A stretch of DNA of 63,029 nt, the filler included, from Stramenopiles sp. TOSAG23-2 (lineage: Eukaryota), in assembly GCA_900128395.1 (NCBI GenBank). It is 7 parts of 7 records of this genome, joined end to end, with 100 filler letters (N's around TTAATTAATTAA, not from the genome) between each part and the next. Parts side by side here need not be neighbours in the genome. Positions count along the whole stretch, not along the records: positions 27,477 to 54,672 come from LT649420.1; 6 more parts are not named here. One strand, 5' to 3'. Made by a program: the position numbers and the translations under genes. The notes beneath the pieces were generated by a model. That model did not search any database. It was given only the letters and a program-made list of their open reading frames with translations, and was not told the DNA's origin. This document shows, one piece after another, positions 36,901-44,625 of the stretch (position 1 is its first letter; the number at the start of each line of letters is the position of its first letter).

Positions 36901-37523
36901 CTGGAGCTGCAATTGCACAGCCACAAATGATACCGCAACAATTACCAGTTGGTGGTGGAGGTGGTGGTGTGCCTCCATTGGCTTTACAACCTGGAGCACA
37001 AGGAGGTGGTGGCGGCGGTGGTGGTACAGCAGCAGACTTGGCGCCATTAGCACAAGGTGAAGAAGATCCAGGCTTAGCGCTTGCAAATTTAAAATTAGAA
37101 GAGTTAGAAAGTTGGGTACGTCATGGACATTACAAGAAATTAAAAGAGGCATTAAAAAATGTACCAGACAGGCGTTTCGACCCGCATATGGTCGATTCTC
37201 AATATTTGCCAGACTTTGGCACTCAATATACATCTGATTATGAGCGAGCAACATTCCATATGAATAAAGTTGATTCGCATGGTAATACTTTGATGTTATT
37301 AGCAGCGCAAAACGGCGCTTTGAAGATCGCCAAGTTGTTACTTAAAAAAGGGGCAAATGCAAATCATCAAAATAAACAAGGTCAATGTGCATTACATTAC
37401 GCAATGGAATACAATTATTTCGATATGGGTACATGGTTAGCAGATGGTGAAAATGGTGCTGGTGCAGATGATACATTAGAAAACCAGTTCCAGTTAACGC
37501 CATATGATGGGTTGGGAGTGTAA
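30951..37523 (+). CDS. Giant multidomain signalling protein: pseudo-receiver (REC), inactive alpha/beta-hydrolase, IQ repeats, coiled coil, SAM, ankyrin repeats
   Basis: REC ~33063-33465 (VLLVDEE..ATDGLRAL..YDAILASRALPGIDG..IAFT..GMDGCVSKP); hydrolase ~33720-34610 (WNYPGQ, YLVGFGNGG, AGHEL); IQ motifs ~35290-35740 (IQKAFRAF, VQRNWRG, LQRNWRG, VQRVFRG, VQKAFRA, LQRVWRG); SAM ~36660-36860 (WSVEDVGEWL..VDGAFLMDL..LGI); ankyrin ~37260-37500 (GNTLMLLAAQNG, GQCALHYA). Confidence 0.9.
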   Translation: MAPVNRPPGWIYHALWKHHASERCRVCIPDTLLISEGTPVRWLFTSRTGEVVRKRAIDIKSVRERFVKIGLLDSKNERRYTAMCRRKTDSSTKPQLLDAAELGPFMAREMASDPNLIAIQSYVHAKGGVGVVYRNEYTVTNDMGKVVTATYKITRFTEDGEEKVSEPIINKVTRLNKELDVNTRAIVRFIETQHRMKILKLTGEYIVDADHRVWFTWANNIVTTSGAEAVDLRLVEGLQGMPRTRKGEESAQDKARAEHEKRRRLRRAHRAQIANERERSPPRDAFDDQETVEMQLGDAMRLLEEEEHQDMFGKSSRSGQASTISSKHSRKKNDHFHVKAMTKRENRKWCPGDYCDFHIEEPDSLYGEEKKSGSGGGAEKLFSIAERSRLADRLGSSTALDDMLKHQHGHGRTGDSFSLTFKSIALARREKRGIQHQEGIDENDLLEIETGVSRKTNAQRFKEHEVKRRNMGLEGGAANFYKSCKVCSHCYVVYSTLDRARELLRMREDEARAAKAARLMASSNVPLLEDMSSQFDADVRAKAHAMGGDTENLKFGVHTNRRPQMAQKQHDPNDMINPNNPSNLLLPSVATVEMGGSIETSPVGITKKSTQAAEQERLARSQSMPWGGAESTALRNPKNKLRERRRQRALTKGNAKMDRFEGLEEYIRKDTKQEVKEESLAESSIDDEDVNNIWKEDTANVEDHGVVLLVDEEPPTRTHCLSVLENNFFEVDVATDGLRALEMVKERKYDAILASRALPGIDGVELTKLVRKMEADEEAALPPPKFGEKPRKVQRVPMIAFTDMASQEDLRLYMEVGMDGCVSKPLNEQALLATMAAAVPHHKGPTQRRSPQGLKHKGSSTGGGRHQPNYRAPQGGRGGDRLRASTTKLKMASSTSIVNKSLTLPVPMITAVTGGIFQMDADTAIPYTVIGKRHENSRLFNFVICQDLFDTCETMQIFFRPIISKYPGMQVLVWNYPGQAFSEWRKDVTLNNKYLAGCLDALLRHLGADGTAEFRTDGSPFYLVGFGNGGNIASYFGCHYASSGPFSMSLRAILLLNGFSYVGPHLAGVLHDCMNVFACSPANRPDLPVYFWTRFLFSASYLTRVSAPLALNLYTAVHNPITLEGRIQLCQGALANTDLRTPLRNLHYPLIAVHSAQNGLVKPSHIAAIVDSRGGEVRSLQKALKYRKKVCVIWMKAGHELFQECRKPLSNLMEQLATGFHETHDVSFFPQNAGPGSTIKTMNGGSTGQLNALVDQSILSGGISASMSGNIGGFGGGSMKSPSLNSGKKQGVRTAQAQGEMFEDKFIDNILGTLHDVRQENGASNNPFQPSVENVRNRAEDLQRQQQEQQWQDYQRKTQSNLAQASTGSLPRPTSGSTRRKKTSWDRDRHGLDAKSTLDPAHPSFERRSNRVYSEGSGSKIYPADFPEVKEYMRWRVQRNMKRLRKLTAAAECIQKAFRAFMARTMVQRMREERAALFVQRNWRGMMGRRRYWAKKKEEWAVRLLQRNWRGKQGRESFLQKKKERAAAISVQRVFRGRLAKRRVNSIRARREKSAIYVQKAFRAKMAREYAFRLREQRNAAIELQRVWRGCLGRRRAALERDKYLFSKAQSQGIEFGRQMLLEHKLHGTRLQSEVALLTREKVESEDQVEALLKEIAQFEEGVRQLEKEMHELSKVETEAKGVLDEDARVELREQKMRLDREFSIMLQKIADRKDQLTNLEAKLQTLDRHRQAKEEELRDLERKLVVLLEEQQKELEQIKQRQERRGERFISDDPNAGAIIAAGIGAAPENGEGGGGGGGGGFKGPSPQQQQQAAALMQSTETLMKFGFMSMSLTYFSSLNMIRAMRATGALETLMAGKAMSGGPLALISEGGQPGAKMAGLGGANFKPGLRNGQLPGQEEEDPRAWSVEDVGEWLSSLALGQYRESFADAAVDGAFLMDLNDADLRNTLGIDHSLHRKKIINSIGRLRQQVQMDLIASGQATAGAAIAQPQMIPQQLPVGGGGGGVPPLALQPGAQGGGGGGGGTAADLAPLAQGEEDPGLALANLKLEELESWVRHGHYKKLKEALKNVPDRRFDPHMVDSQYLPDFGTQYTSDYERATFHMNKVDSHGNTLMLLAAQNGALKIAKLLLKKGANANHQNKQGQCALHYAMEYNYFDMGTWLADGENGAGADDTLENQFQLTPYDGLGV

Positions 37524-37765
37524 AGATTTAAAGATTAATGAAATATATTTTACGACGTTCGTATTATAAAAATGAATTTTTAAATTTAATTTTTTTACCG
37601 TACACACTAAATTTCTACGAAGCTTATTATATTTTTTTTTTTACACGTAATATTATATTACGAATCGTATGATATGACAATGTGGGGGATATACATTTTT
37701 TATAAAAATGTTTTATTTATAATATTAAGATCCACACAAAATAAAATAAAAAAATACAATTTTTT

Positions 37766-39406
37766 TTAAACTTTACTAAACTCCGTAGACCTTTGTGCAG
37801 GTCGATACACTACAAATGAAAAATCTGTTGGAAATGATCCTGGATTTAATACGTCGCATTTTTGATAAGTTGAATGATATTGATCATAATAATCGCCCAA
37901 GATAACCATATCAGGCAGCGGGTACAACCGTAATGCATTATCATAATTCCAATACACAGGTTGTACAGATAATGGTAATGGACATAAATGACTTTGATCC
38001 ATAAGTGTCTTGACCAAATGATCTGTAATGACATCAGCCGTATCGTGTTCCTCGTTATCACTATCAATATTATTATTTATAATTACTGGTGGAATTATGC
38101 AATGTCTGCGCATTTTATTTAAAATATTCTGCCTTGATACAACAATTTCTTGCGTATAATAACGGATGCGACATGGATTTGAAGCAAAACGAACATTTGC
38201 AAGCTTTTCTTTAATACCTTTGACAAAATAATCAGGTAATGGATGCCGTGGTAGAACATTCCCTGCACCTGGATCATTCGGCCCAGGAACGAAAATAAAT
38301 CTTGATGATTGTGCTATTTCCGGAAATTTCAATATTAAATCCCCTAAATCATCAAAGAGCCTTTTAAATTGTGCAACATCATCTTTTCCTTGCCCAAATG
38401 GTCTGGACGTGAAATCACCAAGAAAAACAAATAATTTAGGTATCGTTAAACTTTGTGTATACCCTAAGAAAATCGCTCCTAATTTATCCATCACCAATGG
38501 ATTATCCAAATTCACGTCAGAAAATATTACAAAGATTGAATCATCTGCTTCTTGTTCCATTCGTAACATTTCTTGTTCCTCCTGAGCGGTATACCCCATT
38601 AATTTTGGAAGATCTAATGTACTCATGGCTGTTAATGTTTCTACACGATCCTCTGGTGGTGGAAAACCAATAGCTTTTACATAAAAAATATTTTCATGCA
38701 AAATACCATCAGCAACAACAATACACCCTTCTGTAAATAAACCAGCAGTCGGCTTTACATTTTGTAAATTCAATCGAATATTGCCATTTAAATCTTCTAG
38801 ATAGAAGATGCCTTCCTCGCGTTGTGTTAACATCCCAAGTAAATTTTTACGCCCAGATAAACCAACTAAAGAGTCTAAAGACGTCAACTCAACATATTGT
38901 CTTGGTGCTGATGAACTTGAAAGTTTATTGTTACCAAATGTTGGTTTTGAAAAATTTTTATTGCGCATTATACGCTGATTTACTAGTTCTAATCTCTCGC
39001 GATACATCTGGGTTTTTGAAATTGCCGAGGCATGCAAACTATGTTGTTGTGAACGGTCGCCAAAATAAAAGCTTTTGTTAACAGCACTATATTGAACAAT
39101 TGGTGTATCAAAAGCAGATATGACTGAAATACTTTCATTTGCAATATCATCTTCTTCACGAGTAAGTTCAGCAACAACCGTTTCTATCATATTTATATTT
39201 ACAACGCTGCTATTTTCATTACTAATTTCTATTTTTTTAGTAACAGCATCCAATATAAGTTCCATTGCCTCTACCGGTTCAACTTCATTTTTTAAAACAT
39301 TTTGAACAGCAAATACTGCTTCCTTTTGCAATATTAAGCCTAAACTACGAAATCGTTTGCTAATTTGCCTTGTTGTAAGACTTTGACTTTGAATAGGATG
39401 ATTCAT
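37766..39406 (-). CDS. POLE2: DNA polymerase epsilon subunit B
   Basis: LLGMLTQ..YLEDLNG, FVIFSDVNLD, FIFVPGPNDP, SNPCRIRYYTQEIV, QSHLCPLP..PVYWNYDNALRLYPLPD, NPGSF. Confidence 0.97.
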   Translation of the reverse strand: MNHPIQSQSLTTRQISKRFRSLGLILQKEAVFAVQNVLKNEVEPVEAMELILDAVTKKIEISNENSSVVNINMIETVVAELTREEDDIANESISVISAFDTPIVQYSAVNKSFYFGDRSQQHSLHASAISKTQMYRERLELVNQRIMRNKNFSKPTFGNNKLSSSSAPRQYVELTSLDSLVGLSGRKNLLGMLTQREEGIFYLEDLNGNIRLNLQNVKPTAGLFTEGCIVVADGILHENIFYVKAIGFPPPEDRVETLTAMSTLDLPKLMGYTAQEEQEMLRMEQEADDSIFVIFSDVNLDNPLVMDKLGAIFLGYTQSLTIPKLFVFLGDFTSRPFGQGKDDVAQFKRLFDDLGDLILKFPEIAQSSRFIFVPGPNDPGAGNVLPRHPLPDYFVKGIKEKLANVRFASNPCRIRYYTQEIVVSRQNILNKMRRHCIIPPVIINNNIDSDNEEHDTADVITDHLVKTLMDQSHLCPLPLSVQPVYWNYDNALRLYPLPDMVILGDYYDQYHSTYQKCDVLNPGSFPTDFSFVVYRPAQRSTEFSKV

Positions 39407-40214
39407 TATATTATATATACGTATATATTTTTTTCAAAAAGTGAATGGGATATATTCACTTGTGTGATTTATTCAAAATAATGATTTTAAATATATAGGA
39501 TGAAGATGGTCCACCTTGTGTGTTTAATTTCTGATAGAAACATATATACCGCATATAATATTATACAGTCTGTTACCTACATTCATTTCATCTTAGTCTT
39601 TATACTTCATTTGTAAAATAAGAAATTAAAATCGATCTTGAAAAAATTCAAACTTGTTTTTTGCCGCCGCGATCGAAAAAAAAACCAAAAAAAAATTAAA
39701 ATAGTCGACTAAAATCACAAAATAACCAGGAAGATGTCCACATAGATTAACATATAAATAACATCAAGTGTTATTTAATACTAACTATCTAAATATCCGA
39801 AATGATCATAATTCTAATAATAGTAAAATTATATTAAAACTTGTCACAGACATATTTTTCACTTCCCATATTTCCAATATTATAAATACGCGAGAACCAC
39901 ACACAAGGCAAAAAAAAAGTTAGACGCCGCGCTTTCCACAGCTTTCAACATCTTTGTGTCCGATGTGTATGATATGCCCGTATACTATCTGGCTAGTCTA
40001 TCAAGTATTGATACGCCTATCTACGGACCCATAAATACCCCGACGAAGAAATTATAGATCTATCTTTTTATAATAAATATACATAAACAAACTAAAAAGA
40101 ATGTATATGGTATAGATCTACAAATACTTGTCAAAAAACAAAAAAACAAACAAACGTATATAGTATAACTAAGGGAAAAAGAAATAAAGATAATAATCGT
40201 AAATAATAATAATC

Positions 40215-41012
40215 ATGAGTAATTCAACTATGCAATTAATAGGTGCTGCAGCTGTAGCAGCTGTTGCCGGATATGTATTTGGCTCGTCTGCTTCTACGGA
40301 CAAAAAAAAACAATGGCGTAAAGTTGTTATGCTATTTGGACCACCAGGCGCAGGTAAAGGTACACAAGCACCAAAAATTGTGGAGAAATTAAGATTACCA
40401 CACTTGTCCACCGGTGATATGTTACGTGCAGCAGTAGCAGCACAAACGGAAGTTGGTAAAAAAGCAAAAGCATTGATGTCATCCGGTCAACTTGTTACTG
40501 ATGATATTGTTATTGGTATTATCAGAGACAGAATTAACGAATCAGACTGTGGTTGGGGATTTATTCTTGATGGCTTCCCACGTACTTTGCCACAAGCAGA
40601 AGCATTAGACAAAATGCTTACTGATGGATATGGTGAAACCGTTACCACAGTTGTAAACTTTTCTATCCCTGATGAAGTTTTGGAAGAGCGTATCTGCGGT
40701 CGCTGGATCCATAAAAAAAGTGGACGTTCTTACCACGTCAAAAATGCGAAACCAAAATCATTAGTAGCAGCTGGCGCTGGTGCAAAACCATCTGCAGCTA
40801 ATATGAAAGATGATGTGACTGGTGAAGATTTGATGCAACGTTCTGATGATAATAGTTCTGCATTGAAAAAACGTTTGTCTGAGTACCACAGCAAAACAAC
40901 ACCAATTCTGAACCATTATAACACCAGTGGTGTCGATGGTGTAGTTGTAAAAATCAATGCAAATCAAGCAGCTGATAAAGTATGGAGTGATGTTGATTCC
41001 ATCGAGTTTTAA
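40215..41012 (+). CDS. ADK: Adenylate kinase with N-terminal hydrophobic anchor
   Basis: [12 protein letters not shown]-loop, [39 protein letters not shown]. Confidence 0.95.
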   Translation: MSNSTMQLIGAAAVAAVAGYVFGSSASTDKKKQWRKVVMLFGPPGAGKGTQAPKIVEKLRLPHLSTGDMLRAAVAAQTEVGKKAKALMSSGQLVTDDIVIGIIRDRINESDCGWGFILDGFPRTLPQAEALDKMLTDGYGETVTTVVNFSIPDEVLEERICGRWIHKKSGRSYHVKNAKPKSLVAAGAGAKPSAANMKDDVTGEDLMQRSDDNSSALKKRLSEYHSKTTPILNHYNTSGVDGVVVKINANQAADKVWSDVDSIEF

Positions 41013-41481
41013 ATTTGTCAAGTATCATAATACATATATATGATACACACACTAAAACGGCGTGCGCATAATTTTAAATTACATCGTGCATGTAGATATA
41101 TGATTTATATAAAATATATGTACGTATACGTGTAGTTTATGTTATAATCTGTATGTTTAGATATTTGAGTTGGTTATAAAGAAAGGTATAGGAGGAAAAT
41201 ATAAGAGAGATGACGACGTATTAAGAAAAACATTTTTTATATAATTTTAAATCACAGGGAGAGAATCTAATATTTTTCATTTTTTATTTTTATATTTTAT
41301 ATCATGTATTTTTTTTATTTTTTATGCATATCATATAATATTTTACACCACAGCCTCGCCACACAGCAAGACTCCTCTCTGCTGTTGTCTTCTTCTTTTG
41401 TTCACCCTACTCTCCTCTCTTTTTTGGTTCTTTTGGCTCCTCATTAAAAATATAACTTTTTATATTTTTTTGTCAAAAGAT

Positions 41482-43065
41482 TTATTCAGAATAAAATAAA
41501 CCTTTTGAATTCAAATAGTTCATTAAATCAATTCGTGTAACAATACCTGAAACTACAGTTTTGCTTGAAACATCACCTTGATCATCATAACTTTGCTGTG
41601 TAGTTGTAACAAGTGCAAATGGATACGATTCAAAGATAGTTGCTAATTGGCCTAAAGTAGTTTGGCTGGTAACCATTTGGTGCTTTTTATACAAGCATTT
41701 TTCGCATGGATCTTCGGTTTTTACTCTACCACTTAAAATGTATGATGATAAATTGCCTTCCGTAACAACACCTAACACGGTTCCATTGCTATCAACGACT
41801 GGTAATTGGGAATATCCATTCTTTTTTAAAATATCAACTACTTTCACACATGGCACTTTTGGTGAAACGGTGACAGGCATAGAAAAATTCATCATACCAA
41901 GAGTATGCGTTGCCCATTGAGAACGTTTGCTTGCATTAGGATCAGGCATGAAACCATTTAATACCATCCAATCATCCAATAAAAATTTTGTCATGTAATT
42001 TCTTGTGGAATCTGGCAATAGAGTAACAATTCTTTTTCCTGCACCCATTTTTTTCGCCACTTCCACTGCGGCCCATACATTAGCACCACATGAACCACCA
42101 ACTAACATACCTTCTTCACGAATTAATCGTTTTGATGTTAATAATGAATCCTTATCACTAGTTTTAATCCAATAATCTACAATTTCGCGATCTAAAACGT
42201 TTGGAATAAAATCATATCCAGTACCTTCCACTTTGTAGGAAACGAGACGATTGAAGTCGTTCAAACTATCTGGTTCTGCCAAGATACTACCAATTGGGTC
42301 GACACCAACTACAACACAATCTGGGACACGTTCTTTAATTTTACGTGCAATTCCTGTTAATGTACCACCAGTACCAGCACCAAGAACAAGCGCATCAAGT
42401 TTCCCATCGCATTGATCCAAGATTTCCTCTGCGGTACCATCATAGTGCGCTAATGGATTGGATGGGTTGCCGTATTGATCAAGAATAGTTGCATCTTCGA
42501 TTTCTTTTTGCAAACGATTTGCAACACCAATGTGGCTATCTGGGGAGTCAAATGCTGCTTCAGTTGGTGTTCGTACGATTTCTGAACCTAACGCAGTCAA
42601 AACATTTACTTTTTCCGCACTCATTTTTTCTGGCAAAGTTACGATCATTTTGTAACCTTTGACAGCAGCAGATAACGCCAATCCAATGCCGGTATTGCCA
42701 CTTGTTGGCTCGATGATCGTATCGCCTGGTTTAATACGTCCAGCCTTTTCTGCATCTTCAAACATACGTCTGCCAATTCTATCTTTAACTGAACCACCAG
42801 CATTAAAATATTCACACTTAACTAAAATTTCACAACCAGTGTCTTTACCAATACGGTTTAAACGCACAAGTGGTGTATTACCAATAGCTTCCAATATATT
42901 GTTCATGATTTTGCTGTTTTTCTTGGAAGGTACAGTTGTATGTGGATTTTTTTCCGTCGTCCCTGGAAACCAAGTACATTTTGCTGGTCCATCACCTTGA
43001 TATCTATTTTTACGATAATCAGAACCAGGTGCAGTTTTTTGTGGTATTTTTGTCATTGATGCCAT
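41482..43065 (-). CDS. CBS: Cystathionine beta-synthase (heme motif + PLP core + CBS pair)
   Basis: [18 protein letters not shown] lysine, [29 protein letters not shown]-terminal CBS domains ([15 protein letters not shown]); N-terminal CTW..NPH. Confidence 0.96.
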   Translation of the reverse strand: MASMTKIPQKTAPGSDYRKNRYQGDGPAKCTWFPGTTEKNPHTTVPSKKNSKIMNNILEAIGNTPLVRLNRIGKDTGCEILVKCEYFNAGGSVKDRIGRRMFEDAEKAGRIKPGDTIIEPTSGNTGIGLALSAAVKGYKMIVTLPEKMSAEKVNVLTALGSEIVRTPTEAAFDSPDSHIGVANRLQKEIEDATILDQYGNPSNPLAHYDGTAEEILDQCDGKLDALVLGAGTGGTLTGIARKIKERVPDCVVVGVDPIGSILAEPDSLNDFNRLVSYKVEGTGYDFIPNVLDREIVDYWIKTSDKDSLLTSKRLIREEGMLVGGSCGANVWAAVEVAKKMGAGKRIVTLLPDSTRNYMTKFLLDDWMVLNGFMPDPNASKRSQWATHTLGMMNFSMPVTVSPKVPCVKVVDILKKNGYSQLPVVDSNGTVLGVVTEGNLSSYILSGRVKTEDPCEKCLYKKHQMVTSQTTLGQLATIFESYPFALVTTTQQSYDDQGDVSSKTVVSGIVTRIDLMNYLNSKGLFYSE

Positions 43066-43896
43066 GATTGATAGATGTATATATATATATATATTCTGTT
43101 ATATGTATGTATATTGTAGTTATTTTTAATTCGTACGTGATGTGAAAGATATATAATAAAACGTTCTTTTATAATAATATTAATTAATATAATTCTTTTT
43201 ATCTATGTCACACATGATGATCATCAATCTTCTGTATATATATGTAAACAACATCTATAATTTTTAAAAATAATCATCCTTCTTTCTGCTGTTGAACGTC
43301 GTCATTTTTAAGGCACATCAATAATGGTATTTCCATCCTAATCCTATGTATCCCAGTTGAGTCTTACACCTTTCCAGCTTTCCTCTTTGTAACTAATGCT
43401 ATGCCGTGCTAATTTATTTTTTTTTGAAGATCCTGTATGGTGTAAGATAATGGTACGTACCTAGTAGTGATCAATGCTGTTTCCATAGTATTGTAAAAAC
43501 CTACAAGAAACATGAAAAAGTGCAAAGCATATTGGTGTAAAATGTTTCATTCTCTTTCCAAAAAAAACCCCCCATTGACATTCACATGATACAACATTGT
43601 GTTCCTATATATATATACTAATTTTCACGAAAAATTCTACTAAGAGACAAACGACCTATCAGGGGATTTCAGTTTCTTTGAATATCAAGCCAAATGGTGG
43701 TGGTGCTAAGCACATTCCAATAGCATTTGCATGATTGTCTCTGTTGTCTAACATAGTGTTGCATTGTGATAATATATGAGTGATTAAGTTGAAGTAGTTA
43801 TGCAGATCCATCCCATTCTACTTGAAGTTTGCTCATTGCTTGTTTTGTACTAGCCATTAAGTGTTCAATAGTGGAATCGTTAGGGAATGTTTCTGA

Positions 43897-44346
43897 TCAA
43901 ACTCATGTAATACAAATATTGAAATATTATTAAACCGAAGTTTCACTACCATAGTCCACAATCAACTAGCTCTCCTCGATACCGGCGCGGAAATCAACGT
44001 TATTGAAGCAAAGACATTAGCGAAAATTACGAGCCATTCTAGAAATTACAGAGAAAGAATGAGTGTGGCGACGAGTGCAGGAAAAGACGTAGTACGAGGA
44101 GTGGGAACCGTAGAAATAAATATCCAAGGCAGTTGGTGCAAATTTCGTGTATGGGAGAAATGTTCTTATCCAATCCTAATTGGACAACCGATATTGGAAA
44201 GAGGGTACTTGACATTTTCGTTCAAAGATCGCTTATACGTACTATCTAATCACATACCAAGAAGAATATCTAGACAAATAGGTTTGTTGCCATTATACCT
44301 TAATACAATCTCTGGAAAAAATAGCATGGACACAGTAAGGGCTTAA
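43897..44346 (+). pseudogene. Retropepsin-like (gag-pol type) aspartic protease reading frame lacking an upstream ATG
   Basis: The open frame after TGA at 43894 reads ..NQLALLDTGAEINVI..VATSAG..VGTVEINI..YPILIGQPIL, i.e. catalytic DTG, flap and ILG-like motifs. The ORF track starts downstream of DTG and misses it. Confidence 0.75.
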
Positions 44347-44353
44347 AATAAAA

Positions 44354-44380
44354 TCAGGATTGGTCAGGATTGGTCAGGAT
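44354..44380. repeat. 10-bp tandem repeat TCAGGATTGG x2.7
   Basis: tcaggattgg tcaggattgg tcaggat immediately after the protease stop. Confidence 0.85.
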
Positions 44381-44443
44381 CTATTATATTTCACAGGGAA
44401 TTATAATCTCCATCATTCGTGCATTCGATGGAGGAGGAAGAAG

Positions 44444-44625
44444 GAGGAAGATTTTGAGTCATTCAAGACCACGAAATATCGATAATATATTATATATTGT
44501 AAAATTACCATCGAAGAGGTGTACATAGACGAATGAGGAAGATTTTGAGTCATTCAAGACCACGAAATATCGATAATATATTATATATTGTAAAATTACC
44601 ATCGAAGAGGTGTACATAGACGAAT
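44444..44625. repeat. Perfect 91-bp tandem duplication
   Basis: 44444-44534 is identical to 44535-44625. Confidence 0.9.

Noticed and set aside
43500-44625. Intact LTR retrotransposon with the 91-bp repeats as LTRs
   Set aside because: The repeats are adjacent rather than flanking, lack TG..CA ends, and no gag, RT, RNase H or integrase is visible.
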